A DNA stretch of 64,000 bases from an uncultured archaeon (GCA_964421955.1 CAYQYU010000002.1:18755-82754), one strand, 5' to 3'; shown: positions 49,770 through 58,685, counted from the first letter of the stretch. Program-made: numbers and translations. The notes: generated by a model not told the origin, from the letters alone.

Positions 49770-50954
49770 ATGTTCAATCTAACCCCGCGTATGATCTTTC
49801 TCCTGCTCTTCGTCACGGGTCTCGCGATTTTACTGTACTTCGACAGGAACAAGATCGAGAACCACTACATACTGTTCTACCGCAGGACCAAGCGCGGCAT
49901 AGACTTTATCGACAGGATTGCCCGAAGAGCACCAGGGTTCTGGAACTACTACGGTTGGACTGGCGTCCTGACCGGGCTCGTCAGCATTCCGATCTCGCTG
50001 GGGCTGATACTTTTCGTGTTCCAGGACATGATACTGACCGGGTCGGTGCAGAACGGTCCGAGCCTGATTTTCCCAGGACTCGTCTCTGAGCCGCAGCTGA
50101 ATCCCGGCGTCTCCTTCCTTCCAATCGAGACCTGGGTCATCGGCGTCGGAATCCTGATGTTTGTCCACGAGATGAGTCACGGAATTGTCGCGAGAACTGA
50201 GGACTTCGAGATCAACTCTGTCGGGTGGATAATCCTAGGAATACTGCCAGGTGCGTTCGTCGAGCCGAAGGGCGAGAATATGCTCCCGGGATCGGAGGAA
50301 AACCAGGACCCGGACACGGGAATGTGGGAGCAGGGAACCTGGACTCAGCAACTAAAGGTTCTCGGCGCGGGCAGTTTTGCTAACTACCTTACAGGTGTAA
50401 TTTTCATCATACTCGCGATCGGGGTCGCAGCGGGAGTCAGCCAGACAGAGACCCGCGGATACATAGGAGTCCAGATCACGAACCAGACCCCACAGGGTCT
50501 CACCTACCAGGCCCAGCAGGGCTATCCCACGTTCGAGTCAGGCATGAGGAACGGTACGCTCTACAGCATAAACGATATCGAGATAACAAAAGCATCCGAC
50601 CTTGGAAGGGCCTCAGGAACCATTGATCCCGGGGAAGAAGTCACGGTTGCGACCAGCGAGGGAACGTTCAATATGATCGCGACCGAGAGAAGCTTCAAGG
50701 TGATCAAACCCGTGCTTCCCGGCCAGGTGGAGTTCTGGAACTGGCTTATAACCCTGATCAACACGGTCGGGTTGCTGAATATCCTGATAGGCCTGTTCAA
50801 CATGCTGCCTGCAAAGCCGCTTGACGGCGGATTGATGACGGAAACCCTTCTCAAGCAGTATCTGCCTGAAAGAGCGGAGTACATCAACCAGGTCTCCCTC
50901 GCCATCTGGGCGGTGATTATCACTATGATGCTCGCAACCTTTATCTTCGGATAA
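49770..50954 (+). CDS. Site-2 protease (M50) with PDZ-like insert
   Basis: HEMSH, GAFVEP, NMLPAKPLDGG. Confidence 0.95.
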   Translation: MFNLTPRMIFLLLFVTGLAILLYFDRNKIENHYILFYRRTKRGIDFIDRIARRAPGFWNYYGWTGVLTGLVSIPISLGLILFVFQDMILTGSVQNGPSLIFPGLVSEPQLNPGVSFLPIETWVIGVGILMFVHEMSHGIVARTEDFEINSVGWIILGILPGAFVEPKGENMLPGSEENQDPDTGMWEQGTWTQQLKVLGAGSFANYLTGVIFIILAIGVAAGVSQTETRGYIGVQITNQTPQGLTYQAQQGYPTFESGMRNGTLYSINDIEITKASDLGRASGTIDPGEEVTVATSEGTFNMIATERSFKVIKPVLPGQVEFWNWLITLINTVGLLNILIGLFNMLPAKPLDGGLMTETLLKQYLPERAEYINQVSLAIWAVIITMMLATFIFG

Positions 50955-50970
50955 AAAACTGGGAGTCGAT

Positions 50971-51285
50971 ATGGAGAACATGACCCACACCATAAAAATT
51001 GTCGACCGCGATGAAACTGCGGAGGCAGAGGACGGCCAGGACGTGCTCAGCGCGCTTCTCGAGTCAGGCATCGAGTGGATGCACGCATGCGGCGGTTTCT
51101 GCAACTGTACCACCTGCCGCATAAAGGTCGAAGAGGGCATTGACAACCTCTCCGATATGGAAGAGGACGAGAAGAACACGTTGCGTAGATTCCAGGGCGA
51201 CGAGGTTCTTAAAGGTCCTTTCCGGCTGGGCTGCCAGGTAAAGGTATACGGCGATATAACCATCTCAGAACCTGAATGGTTCTGA
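50971..51285 (+). CDS. 2Fe-2S ferredoxin
   Basis: CGGFCNCTTC...RLGCQ. Confidence 0.93.
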   Translation: MENMTHTIKIVDRDETAEAEDGQDVLSALLESGIEWMHACGGFCNCTTCRIKVEEGIDNLSDMEEDEKNTLRRFQGDEVLKGPFRLGCQVKVYGDITISEPEWF

Positions 51286-51323
51286 AACAATCCTGTTAAA
51301 CTCAAGAAAGGAATACTGGTTGC

Positions 51324-52481
51324 ATGAAATCGGCAGCCAGGACCAGAGCAGTGTTTGGAACTCTTCTAATACTCTTAATAGCCGGTTTAGTCGCGGCCGC
51401 CAGCACTGAAAAACCAGATTTCGGTCTCGAATACAGAGGCGACTGGATTGTTGAGGACGGAGAGACCAGGATAGTGACCCCTGCATGGACCCGTAACCCA
51501 AACTCGGTCGGGACCAACATCTCCTTCCTCGAGGTCGACTACGAGGTCAGGATGAACAATATCTCTGTCGGACAGGGAGAGAAACAGGGACTTTACTTTC
51601 CCGCAGGCGAACGTACAGAGTTCAACCTGACAACCGATATAAACGAGGAGAAGCTGCCCGAACTCTGGGTATCTCACCTCCGGAACAATGAGACCTCTAA
51701 TTTCAAAGTCCCCGCAACCCTTAGAGTTGGTTCGCCTCTTCCACTGAAACTGGAAGGTAATGCCTACTCAAGGACTTTCAGGACCGACATCACGGGAAGG
51801 CTGGAAGAGTCCCTATCGTATTCCGAAGGCGTCCACTCGCGACAGCTAATGGAAGGAGGACCGGAAACACGCGTAGAGGTCAGTAATGTATCTGTTGAAT
51901 GGGGCGATATAAGCCGGGAAGAAACAGAGGTGATCCTATCGTTCGACCTCCACAACCTGAACAGCTATCCCATACCTGAGCCGCGGCCAGAAGGAAGTAC
52001 CAGCGCTAACGGCATAGAGGTTGCAGAGTGGAACTACACTAGAGTTCCAGAGGAAATGATTGAGCCAGGCGAGACCCGTAGAATCAGGTTCCAGGCAGAC
52101 ATAGACAACCAGAAGGCAGACGAGGTGTTTGTCAGCCACGTCCGGAGAGACGAGAGGAGCTCGGTTAAATCGGATATCCAGATGGTGCTGAACATGGGCG
52201 ATGAACGGGTAAAGATACCTGGAGGCAGCAGCATAAACTGTAATGCGACAGTCCAGACCAGCGTCCTTGAGGACCAGAGATCACGCCGCACTTTCCACGG
52301 CTGCAGTCTTCCAGAAGGTTCCAGGTCAGATATCCCGGTCCGGGCACTGGGTGCCGGAAATGAAAGTGAGGCTGAAGGAATGCTTGAGAGGCTTTCTTCC
52401 CACAGCCTCGATTACTACGAGGAGACCCTCGAAAATATGTTTCCCCAGATCAATATTACCTCTATAGAGTACGGATGGTAG
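51324..52481 (+). CDS. Secreted tandem LEA_2/WHy domain protein
   Basis: Two repeats of N(P/L)N...W/F.SH.R..E.S. Confidence 0.8.
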   Translation: MKSAARTRAVFGTLLILLIAGLVAAASTEKPDFGLEYRGDWIVEDGETRIVTPAWTRNPNSVGTNISFLEVDYEVRMNNISVGQGEKQGLYFPAGERTEFNLTTDINEEKLPELWVSHLRNNETSNFKVPATLRVGSPLPLKLEGNAYSRTFRTDITGRLEESLSYSEGVHSRQLMEGGPETRVEVSNVSVEWGDISREETEVILSFDLHNLNSYPIPEPRPEGSTSANGIEVAEWNYTRVPEEMIEPGETRRIRFQADIDNQKADEVFVSHVRRDERSSVKSDIQMVLNMGDERVKIPGGSSINCNATVQTSVLEDQRSRRTFHGCSLPEGSRSDIPVRALGAGNESEAEGMLERLSSHSLDYYEETLENMFPQINITSIEYGW

Positions 52482-52585
52482 AGCTGACCTGCTGGAGATG
52501 CGGATTTGATGAAATGAAGAAGCGTCCAGACTGCGAGCTAGAGTGCCCTAACTGCGGTTTTATAAGGGACTGCTCCGATCCTTGA
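52475..52585 (+). CDS. Small CPxCG-type zinc-finger protein (36 aa)
   Basis: MVELTCWRCGFDEMKKRPDCELECPNCGFIRDCSDP*; below the ORF-track cutoff. Confidence 0.8.
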   Translation: MVELTCWRCGFDEMKKRPDCELECPNCGFIRDCSDP

Positions 52586-52589
52586 TATT

Positions 52590-52904
52590 ATGGTTCTCGA
52601 CAGCCATATCCTGGTCGGCCGCGTGAAGGAAGCAGAAAAGTTTGCCGGGGCAGAGAAGCCGGAGATGTTCAGGCTCTGGATCGATCTCGGAGATAGAGAA
52701 GTACAGTCCGCGGCCCAGCTGGGCTACAACCATACTGTTGAGGAGGTCGAGGATTCACTGGTCTTATGTGCTACAGATCTTGGATCGGTCCGGATTGCGG
52801 GCTTCAAGTCGGAGGTCCTTACGCTCGGAGTCCCGGACAAGGACGGAAACCCGGTCCTGGTGAGGCCTGATCGAGAGGTGCCTGAAGGTGGAGAACTATA
52901 CTAG
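52590..52904 (+). CDS. csaA: CsaA/tRNA-binding OB-fold protein
   Basis: SAAQL, RIAGFKSEVLTLG, PD..VP.G. Confidence 0.85.
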   Translation: MVLDSHILVGRVKEAEKFAGAEKPEMFRLWIDLGDREVQSAAQLGYNHTVEEVEDSLVLCATDLGSVRIAGFKSEVLTLGVPDKDGNPVLVRPDREVPEGGELY

Positions 52905-53367
52905 ACTGTTCGGTATCGCGGGATTCTTCGTCCTGGTTACGGCAGCATCCGCCCTGCTGATAATGGATGAGACCCGGGAACGACCTTACCGCGCAACTTT
53001 CCCGGGGACCGATGCACCCGAACTGAGGCTGGAGGTCGCGGACAAATATGAGGAACGAAGGAAAGGATTGATGCACCGGCACACTCTCGAGGAGGAAACG
53101 GGCATGCTTTTTATCTTTCCCGGCGAGCGCGACAGATCTTTCTGGATGAAGAACACTTTCATTCCGCTTGACATTATCTTCGCAGATTCAAACGGAACTA
53201 TAGTCAAGATTCATGAGGCAGAACCACAGCCATTTACCGGGGAGAAAAACCTCAGGCGGTACCGCAGCGGCACCCCGGCAAAATACGTGATCGAGACCCG
53301 GCAGGGCTTCTCCAGGAAACACGGTATCGAAGAGGGCGACACCGTTCTACTCAGGAAGAAGGATTAG
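52888..53367 (+). CDS. DUF192 protein
   Basis: GLM.R, GMLFIF, FWMKNT.IPLDIIF, YVIE. Confidence 0.93.
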   Translation: MENYTRLFGIAGFFVLVTAASALLIMDETRERPYRATFPGTDAPELRLEVADKYEERRKGLMHRHTLEEETGMLFIFPGERDRSFWMKNTFIPLDIIFADSNGTIVKIHEAEPQPFTGEKNLRRYRSGTPAKYVIETRQGFSRKHGIEEGDTVLLRKKD

Positions 53368-53568
53368 CTAGTCCAGGGCGGATTCTATCTCCTGAAGTTT
53401 CCAGGTTCCACCGTTCAGTATACTACCCGCTTCTACAAGCTCGTCAACCTTTTTCTTATCCCTCTCGGGAAGCTCCTCATAGCGAAGGCCGTCATAGCCG
53501 AGTGCACTCATTGCCTCACCTTTATCCCGTGCACCCGTCTCAGAACCATAAGCCATATCGTAATACAA
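53368..53568 (-). CDS. Small hypothetical protein
   Basis: Acidic 66 aa ORF. Confidence 0.5.
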   Translation of the reverse strand: MYYDMAYGSETGARDKGEAMSALGYDGLRYEELPERDKKKVDELVEAGSILNGGTWKLQEIESALD

Positions 53569-53599
53569 GATATTACTTATTTTTAAAGATAGCGGTGTT

Positions 53600-53683
53600 T
53601 GCGGCTGCCAGGATTCGAAACTCTAGCGAGTTTCTGCTCCTCACAACTCAGAGAGTTGCTTAGTTGCAAGCAAATCCCGGTTC
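53600..53683 (-). repeat. tRNA-Glu 3'-end duplication with internal inverted copy
   Basis: 53600-53619 matches 53703-53722 at 18/20; inverted CAAATCCCGG at 53671-53680; two internal hairpins. Confidence 0.8.
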
Positions 53684-53702
53684 CTAGCATACGTGAAACG
53701 GA

Positions 53703-53834
53703 TGCGGCTGCCGGGATTTGAACCCGGGTCTACGCCTCGAGAGGGCGTGATGACTTGCCGTCGTGTCCCGGCAGTTGTAGGCCGAGAAAATCCCTGAAGG
53801 GTTTCCGACTTTGGCCAGGCTACACCACAGCCGC
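53703..53834 (-). tRNA. tRNA-Glu(CTC) with 57-nt non-canonical intron at 21/22 (53754-53810)
   Basis: GCGGCTG/CAGCCGC acceptor stem, ACGCC-CTCTCGA-GGCGT anticodon arm; removing the insert restores GGCCAA|TCAT. Confidence 0.9.
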
Positions 53835-53879
53835 TCAGAATATAGTTGAAACAGTGAGGTAAGAATTAAATATTGACAG

Positions 53880-54266
53880 CTACGTGAATCTACGGGACAT
53901 GTTTGCCTCCTCCACGTATTCCGAGAGGTGTTCATGTGCTCTCCTCAGATCTCCGTACGGAGGATCTGTTTCGTCAAAGCCCTCCAGTTCCTGCTCGAGA
54001 GTTTCCAGCGCCTTGCCGTGGGACATAGACTGGGAGATGCCGATGTCCTCTCTACCCGGTCTCAGAACTTTCATCTCCTCTCCAAGCCACGTGAGATAGT
54101 CAAATATGGAACGCTGGGTCCTATAGCGGTGGAGAAACATTTCCTCGTCTTCTGTTGTTCTAGGAGCCTCGTTTTCGAGCATCAGGTAGACGTGCTCTGC
54201 AAACGCCCGATCCGCCTCCTCTCTCGCCGGGTGATAGGCGGCGGTGTCGTTGGACCGGAAACCCAT
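53880..54266 (-). CDS. Hypothetical protein
   Basis: Acidic from ATG 54266. Confidence 0.65.
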   Translation of the reverse strand: MGFRSNDTAAYHPAREEADRAFAEHVYLMLENEAPRTTEDEEMFLHRYRTQRSIFDYLTWLGEEMKVLRPGREDIGISQSMSHGKALETLEQELEGFDETDPPYGDLRRAHEHLSEYVEEANMSRRFT

Positions 54267-54358
54267 GTTATAACCTATAAGTAACATAATTAGGATTAGC
54301 TTATATTTGTTTTGATCCTCTCGGTTGATTTTTGAATCTTCCTGAGGATTGGTTGGCC

Positions 54359-54724
54359 ATGAACCTGGAGAAGCTTGTACCTGACAACTACGGACAGCTT
54401 GAAAACGACGACCTGGCGCTTTCCGAGGGAAGGATCGCCCGGCTTGTGAGAGAGAATATGAGCGAGGAGCAGACTTTAGATGGAGACGTTCCACATACCA
54501 TCAACTGTGTCCTTTCCCGACTGCTCGAGGAGATAATCGACGAGATGATGGGCGAGGCCGAGATGATGCACAAGGTTAAGGAGGCCCACGCCCGTTCAGC
54601 ACTCAGGAATATTGAGATCCAGGAGGAGTACTCCGCAAGGTCAGAAGCGTTCGTTGAGCAACTGAGAGGAATCGCGGAGGAGATGGAGAGAACCGCGGAG
54701 AAAATTGAGAACCGGCAAAAGTAG
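54359..54724 (+). CDS. Histone-fold protein with C-terminal coiled coil
   Basis: LSEGRIARLVRE...LSRLLEEI...VKEAHARSAL three-helix pattern followed by a heptad-rich helix. Confidence 0.65.
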   Translation: MNLEKLVPDNYGQLENDDLALSEGRIARLVRENMSEEQTLDGDVPHTINCVLSRLLEEIIDEMMGEAEMMHKVKEAHARSALRNIEIQEEYSARSEAFVEQLRGIAEEMERTAEKIENRQK

Positions 54725-54824
54725 CTGCGGTACAGGTTTTTCCACCATCTAGAGCCGCTAAAACGCACAGAACTGCATGAAGGCTTTTTAATCTGGGAAT
54801 AGCAAACCAGAACAGGTGATTGAT

Positions 54825-55064
54825 ATGGCAGAAGTTAACTATCTTGACTGGGCCTCTCTGGTGCTCGTTATCGTTGGAGCGCTGAACTGGGGTCTGGTCG
54901 GTCTGGGACTTTTTGCAGCCAACGATCCCGATACCTACAACCTGGTCAATATGGTTCTTGGAGGTGTATCGGGGGGACAGCTGGAAGCGCTGGTATACCT
55001 CCTTGTCGGGCTCGCGGGACTCTACCAGGTGTACTTTGGCTGGCAGCTCTACGAGGAAGAATAA
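54825..55064 (+). CDS. DUF378 membrane protein
   Basis: LVIVGALNWGLVG...YNLV...VYLLVGLAGLY. Confidence 0.92.
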   Translation: MAEVNYLDWASLVLVIVGALNWGLVGLGLFAANDPDTYNLVNMVLGGVSGGQLEALVYLLVGLAGLYQVYFGWQLYEEE

Positions 55065-55087
55065 TTCCTCAACCACTCTTCTCTTTT

Positions 55088-55291
55088 TTATTCTCCGTTC
55101 TCCGAGCCCCTGTCTTCTTCAACCGGGGAGAAGGCTTCCTCCATGTCTTCGCTGACCTCCATGAGGCCCTCCATCTGCTGCTCAAGGTCTCCAAGTTGCC
55201 GCTTCATCTTCCACCGGAGATAGAAAATGGCAGCACCTACTCCAAGGAAGAATCCTATACCAACTCCTATAACTATGTCAACAGTCGCCAT
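55088..55291 (-). CDS. Small single-TM protein
   Basis: N-terminal TM helix followed by a coiled coil. Confidence 0.7.
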   Translation of the reverse strand: MATVDIVIGVGIGFFLGVGAAIFYLRWKMKRQLGDLEQQMEGLMEVSEDMEEAFSPVEEDRGSENGE

Positions 55292-55361
55292 ATCCAGTTA
55301 TTCGTATCTTATGATTTTAAAATCAATTTCTAAAAAGCCCGTACCACCCTGACCAGGAAGT

Positions 55362-55504
55362 TGGACTCGCGGGGATTTGAACCCCGGGCCTTCTGCTATC
55401 CCGCGTCGAAGCTACAAGTATTCGCTTCTCGAACTGTCAACTCTCACTACTGTTCGAGCAGCCAGTGTTGCGAAGCAGACGTTCTCCCACTGAACTACGA
55501 GCCC
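55362..55504 (-). tRNA. tRNA-Ala(CGC) with 71-nt intron at 37/38 (55398-55468)
   Basis: GGGCTCG/CGAGTCC with G3-U70; TCTGC-TTCGCA|A-GCAGA anticodon arm. Confidence 0.93.
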
Positions 55505-55693
55505 CTGGCAGTAAACAGTGATGCACGAAGAGTTTTTATGGTTAAACCTTGCCGATTAGATCGGGCGCCAGAATGGGCTCGATAGTTTCTATATCTTTCT
55601 TTGATTATCCCTTAACCGATATAGGCGGCTGTATACGCTGTTAAAAGGCAGCAGTCCAATAAGTTTATTTGCTAATTTGCGGGGGGTGAAAAG

Positions 55694-55987
55694 ATGAAGA
55701 ATTTTTTCCTGAACGAGAAACCGGTGATGGCTCTGGTGGCCATCCGGCAGAAACGGGACGACGTGTACGGCAGCATAATATCGAAGGAGATCGACACGAC
55801 TTACGCTCACACGGTCAAGATACTGTCCCGGCTGGAAGAAAACGACCTGGTCGAGACTGAGAAGAAAGGAAGAAAGAAGATACTGAATCTAACTGAGGAG
55901 GGCAAAGAGTACAGCGACCATTTCATCCAGCTACTGAACTCGTTCGAGAACAACGGCCACCTGAACCAGGCCGCGGTGAAGTCCTGA
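55694..55987 (+). CDS. Winged-helix (MarR-like) DNA-binding protein
   Basis: ISKEIDTTYAHTVKILSRLEE..LV...KKGRKK...LTEEG. Confidence 0.88.
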   Translation: MKNFFLNEKPVMALVAIRQKRDDVYGSIISKEIDTTYAHTVKILSRLEENDLVETEKKGRKKILNLTEEGKEYSDHFIQLLNSFENNGHLNQAAVKS

Positions 55988-56027
55988 CGGGATAACAAAG
56001 ATAATCCTTCAGGTTCCAGCCCAGTGC

Positions 56028-56216
56028 ATGGCCCAGAGAAAACTTGAGCTGCGGCTCGGAGCCTACTCAATCGGTGTCAACCTGATCTCGCTCGCGGTTG
56101 CTGCGGTATTTTTCTACCACGGCGAGATATTCTACGGAGTTCTCGCATTTCTCTTCACCGCGATAGTCCTGCTAGCACTCATCTACACCAGAACATCTCA
56201 GCCGGGAAACAGCTGA
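56028..56216 (+). CDS. Small two-TM protein
   Basis: Two hydrophobic helices. Confidence 0.6.
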   Translation: MAQRKLELRLGAYSIGVNLISLAVAAVFFYHGEIFYGVLAFLFTAIVLLALIYTRTSQPGNS

Positions 56217-56244
56217 TAAAGCTTCGACACAGTTAACAAGATCG

Positions 56245-56811
56245 ATGGAAGACACTGTAGACCACGAAGAACTGGCCGCCGAAATATACCACAACCTTCT
56301 CAACTGGGGCGACCATGAACTTACAAGCGGAAAGAACAGCGATTTCTACGTTGATATAAAGGGCATCGGAGAGTTCCCCCTAATCCACCGATCGCTGAAC
56401 AAGATGGCCGAACAGTACCTGGAAGAAGAGAGCATTAACTACGATATAATAGGGTGTGAAGGAATGGGAGGCGTAACTACCGGGGTGCCATTGGCAACCT
56501 ATCTGACCACGGAGAATAGAGAAGAGAGATGGACTGTCCTGAGACCACAGCGAAAAAACCACGGTGACAAGAAAATGTACGCAGGAGCCGATCCCGAAAA
56601 CCGTGACCTCCTCCTGGTCGATGACGTGATCACCACCGGCGGAAGCGCCGCAGAGGCAATAGACAAGTTCAGGGATCTCGGAGGAAATCCTGTTTATTTT
56701 CTCTCATACGCCGACAGGGGAGAAGGCGGACTCGAACTGGTCAAAGAACGAGAAGTCGATGCAGACGCCCTCTTCCACATAGACGAGATAATGGAAAACG
56801 GTAGAAAATGA
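56245..56811 (+). CDS. pyrE: Orotate phosphoribosyltransferase-like protein
   Basis: LTSGKNSDFYVD, RKNHG, LVDDVITTGGS. Confidence 0.85.
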   Translation: MEDTVDHEELAAEIYHNLLNWGDHELTSGKNSDFYVDIKGIGEFPLIHRSLNKMAEQYLEEESINYDIIGCEGMGGVTTGVPLATYLTTENREERWTVLRPQRKNHGDKKMYAGADPENRDLLLVDDVITTGGSAAEAIDKFRDLGGNPVYFLSYADRGEGGLELVKEREVDADALFHIDEIMENGRK

Positions 56812-56817
56812 CCCTTA

Positions 56818-56960
56818 TGGACTCTCGGGGATTTGAACCCCGGGCCTCTTCCAATTTGGCGTCGCAGATCAAAGACCTGCTCGAACTGTCATCACCTCGA
56901 CTAAAGCTCGGGAAGACAGTGTTGCCAAGGAAGCGTTCTGCCAGACTGAACTAAGAGCCC
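56818..56960 (-). tRNA. tRNA-Ala(GGC) with 69-nt intron at 37/38 (56854-56922)
   Basis: GGGCTCT/AGAGTCC with G3-U70; CTTCC-TTGGCA|T-GGAAG anticodon arm. Confidence 0.93.
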
Positions 56961-57010
56961 ACGAATTTCCTAAAATTGGTTCCGCAGGTAAAGCCTAAAT
57001 AAGCCCCGCC

Positions 57011-57739
57011 TTACCCCAGATCCTGCCTGATATCATCCACGTATCTATCCGCGAGCCTGGTCGGCTCGGGCAATTTATACTCGCCTCCTAGCTTCTCCAC
57101 AAGATCGGCCGCGGTCTCTTCCGAAACACAGTGACCTGGAGAAACGTAGAGAGGATTGACTTTCCCCGAGTCGAACTGTCTGGACTGGTAGGCGTAGCCT
57201 ATAACCTCGTCTTCCAGTCCTTCGACCCTGCTATCGGCGCGGATCGGCACCCGCTCACCTTTTTCAAGACCTTCTGTTTTACCGACAGGTTCCCCACAGA
57301 GCAGCTTCTTCGCCACACCAATCGAAGGCGTGTCGAACAGGACGCCTACATGAGTTGCGATACCTGCCTGGCGGAAGTGAATTCTGCCCGAACCGTCGAG
57401 CACCAGAAGATCTGGCTCCGCGGTAAGGCTTTCGAGCGCGTCGACTATGCATTCTCCCTCCCTGAACGCGAGAAGCCCAGGGATGTACGGTATCTCAAGC
57501 TTTGACACACCGTGAGTGCGCTCCACGACCTCTCCATTCTCCATCACCACGACTCCGGAAACTGCTTTCTCATCTAGAAACGCCTGGTCAACTCCTGCCA
57601 CAGTAACATCCTCCAGCGACCGCGGAAAGTCGAAACTGTCCCTGAAGACCGCTTTCTCAGCGATTTCTCTCTGGAGATCTTCCATCTCCTCTCGAGAGAG
57701 CTCTGGAGAGGGAAGGTACTCAGATCTCTTTATATCCAT
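57011..57739 (-). CDS. nfi: Endonuclease V
   Basis: AGVD, PYIPGLLAFRE, DGSGRIH.R, IGVAK, LYVSPGH, PEPTRLAD. Confidence 0.96.
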   Translation of the reverse strand: MDIKRSEYLPSPELSREEMEDLQREIAEKAVFRDSFDFPRSLEDVTVAGVDQAFLDEKAVSGVVVMENGEVVERTHGVSKLEIPYIPGLLAFREGECIVDALESLTAEPDLLVLDGSGRIHFRQAGIATHVGVLFDTPSIGVAKKLLCGEPVGKTEGLEKGERVPIRADSRVEGLEDEVIGYAYQSRQFDSGKVNPLYVSPGHCVSEETAADLVEKLGGEYKLPEPTRLADRYVDDIRQDLG

Positions 57740-57908
57740 TCCTGGGCCGTTTATTCCCGAAATTTTTTAAAGCTGGCGCCAGAAGTGGCCCTATGGCCCT
57801 GAAGACTGAATCTACCATAAAGACTTTGACCAGCTTCAGGACTACCTTCTACAAGATCTTCTATTGATGGAGATCTGGTTTCTTCCTCTTTTCCAGAGGT
57901 TTTCTCCA

Positions 57909-58259
57909 ATGACCAGCATAGAAAAAATACTTGACGGCGTGGAAATGCGAAGCACGGGATACCAGGACGATGAACGTTACTGGAACCTCGACCTCAATTT
58001 CCAGAGAGAGTACGAAGAGCCTGTCATCGGCCGGGTCATGGAGAACGGTAGCGGCCACGTCCTGATGGTTGACTCGGTTCCGGTCGGCGACCATATTGAC
58101 TATGCAGGGCTGAAGCCAGGCAAGGACCATCTAGTGAAACACCAGCTGGACGATATGAGCCGTGAGAAAGAACTTTACGCCACTGTCTGTGCAGCCCTTG
58201 AAGTTGATGATGACAGACCTCCGAATACCGCCTCCCCTGCGGCGGTGGCCCTGGACTAA
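57909..58259 (+). CDS. Hypothetical protein
   Basis: Acidic ORF. Confidence 0.6.
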   Translation: MTSIEKILDGVEMRSTGYQDDERYWNLDLNFQREYEEPVIGRVMENGSGHVLMVDSVPVGDHIDYAGLKPGKDHLVKHQLDDMSREKELYATVCAALEVDDDRPPNTASPAAVALD

Positions 58260-58346
58260 CAGAGCCTTATTACGAATATCGAAATAAATCAAAGCATTTT
58301 CTTCGAAGATCATAGTTATTTAAAGTTTTTCTCCATATGTTTCCCT

Positions 58347-58685
58347 ATGCCAGCAGCAGATACAGAAGCACCTGGTTCGGGGCAGAGCACCGGGAATGGA
58401 GTCAGTGCCGAATCCTTTGAAGACCTGACCTTTGACGAGTATAGACTTGGGGAAATGGAGAGGACAGGCGTATCCCATAACCTGGAAAAGATTGATACAG
58501 TGATAGAATACGGTGGCCGGAGATATGATTTAACGGTTACCGAGCACCCAGAAGGAGGCGCAAGGCTAAGAGCCAGTCGCCGGGACGGGGCAGAAGTCTA
58601 CCGTGGAAGAACGAACTTTTTCCCTCCCACCAATTCGGGCGTTGAAGAGATTCTCGAGGGAGAAACACTGGAAAGAACCTACTGA
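58347..58685 (+). CDS. Hypothetical protein
   Basis: TATA (TTTAAA) about 25 nt upstream. Confidence 0.65.
   Translation: MPAADTEAPGSGQSTGNGVSAESFEDLTFDEYRLGEMERTGVSHNLEKIDTVIEYGGRRYDLTVTEHPEGGARLRASRRDGAEVYRGRTNFFPPTNSGVEEILEGETLERTY

Noticed and set aside
53610-53665. Hammerhead ribozyme in the tRNA-Glu trailer
   Set aside because: The core reads GTGAGGA rather than CTGANGA, and stem II is absent
56854-56922. Twister ribozyme or C/D sRNA in the tRNA-Ala introns
   Set aside because: AACACTG and TCCCGAGC only superficially recall twister and the required pairings could not be built; GTGATGA occurs in only one intron and there is no CTGA
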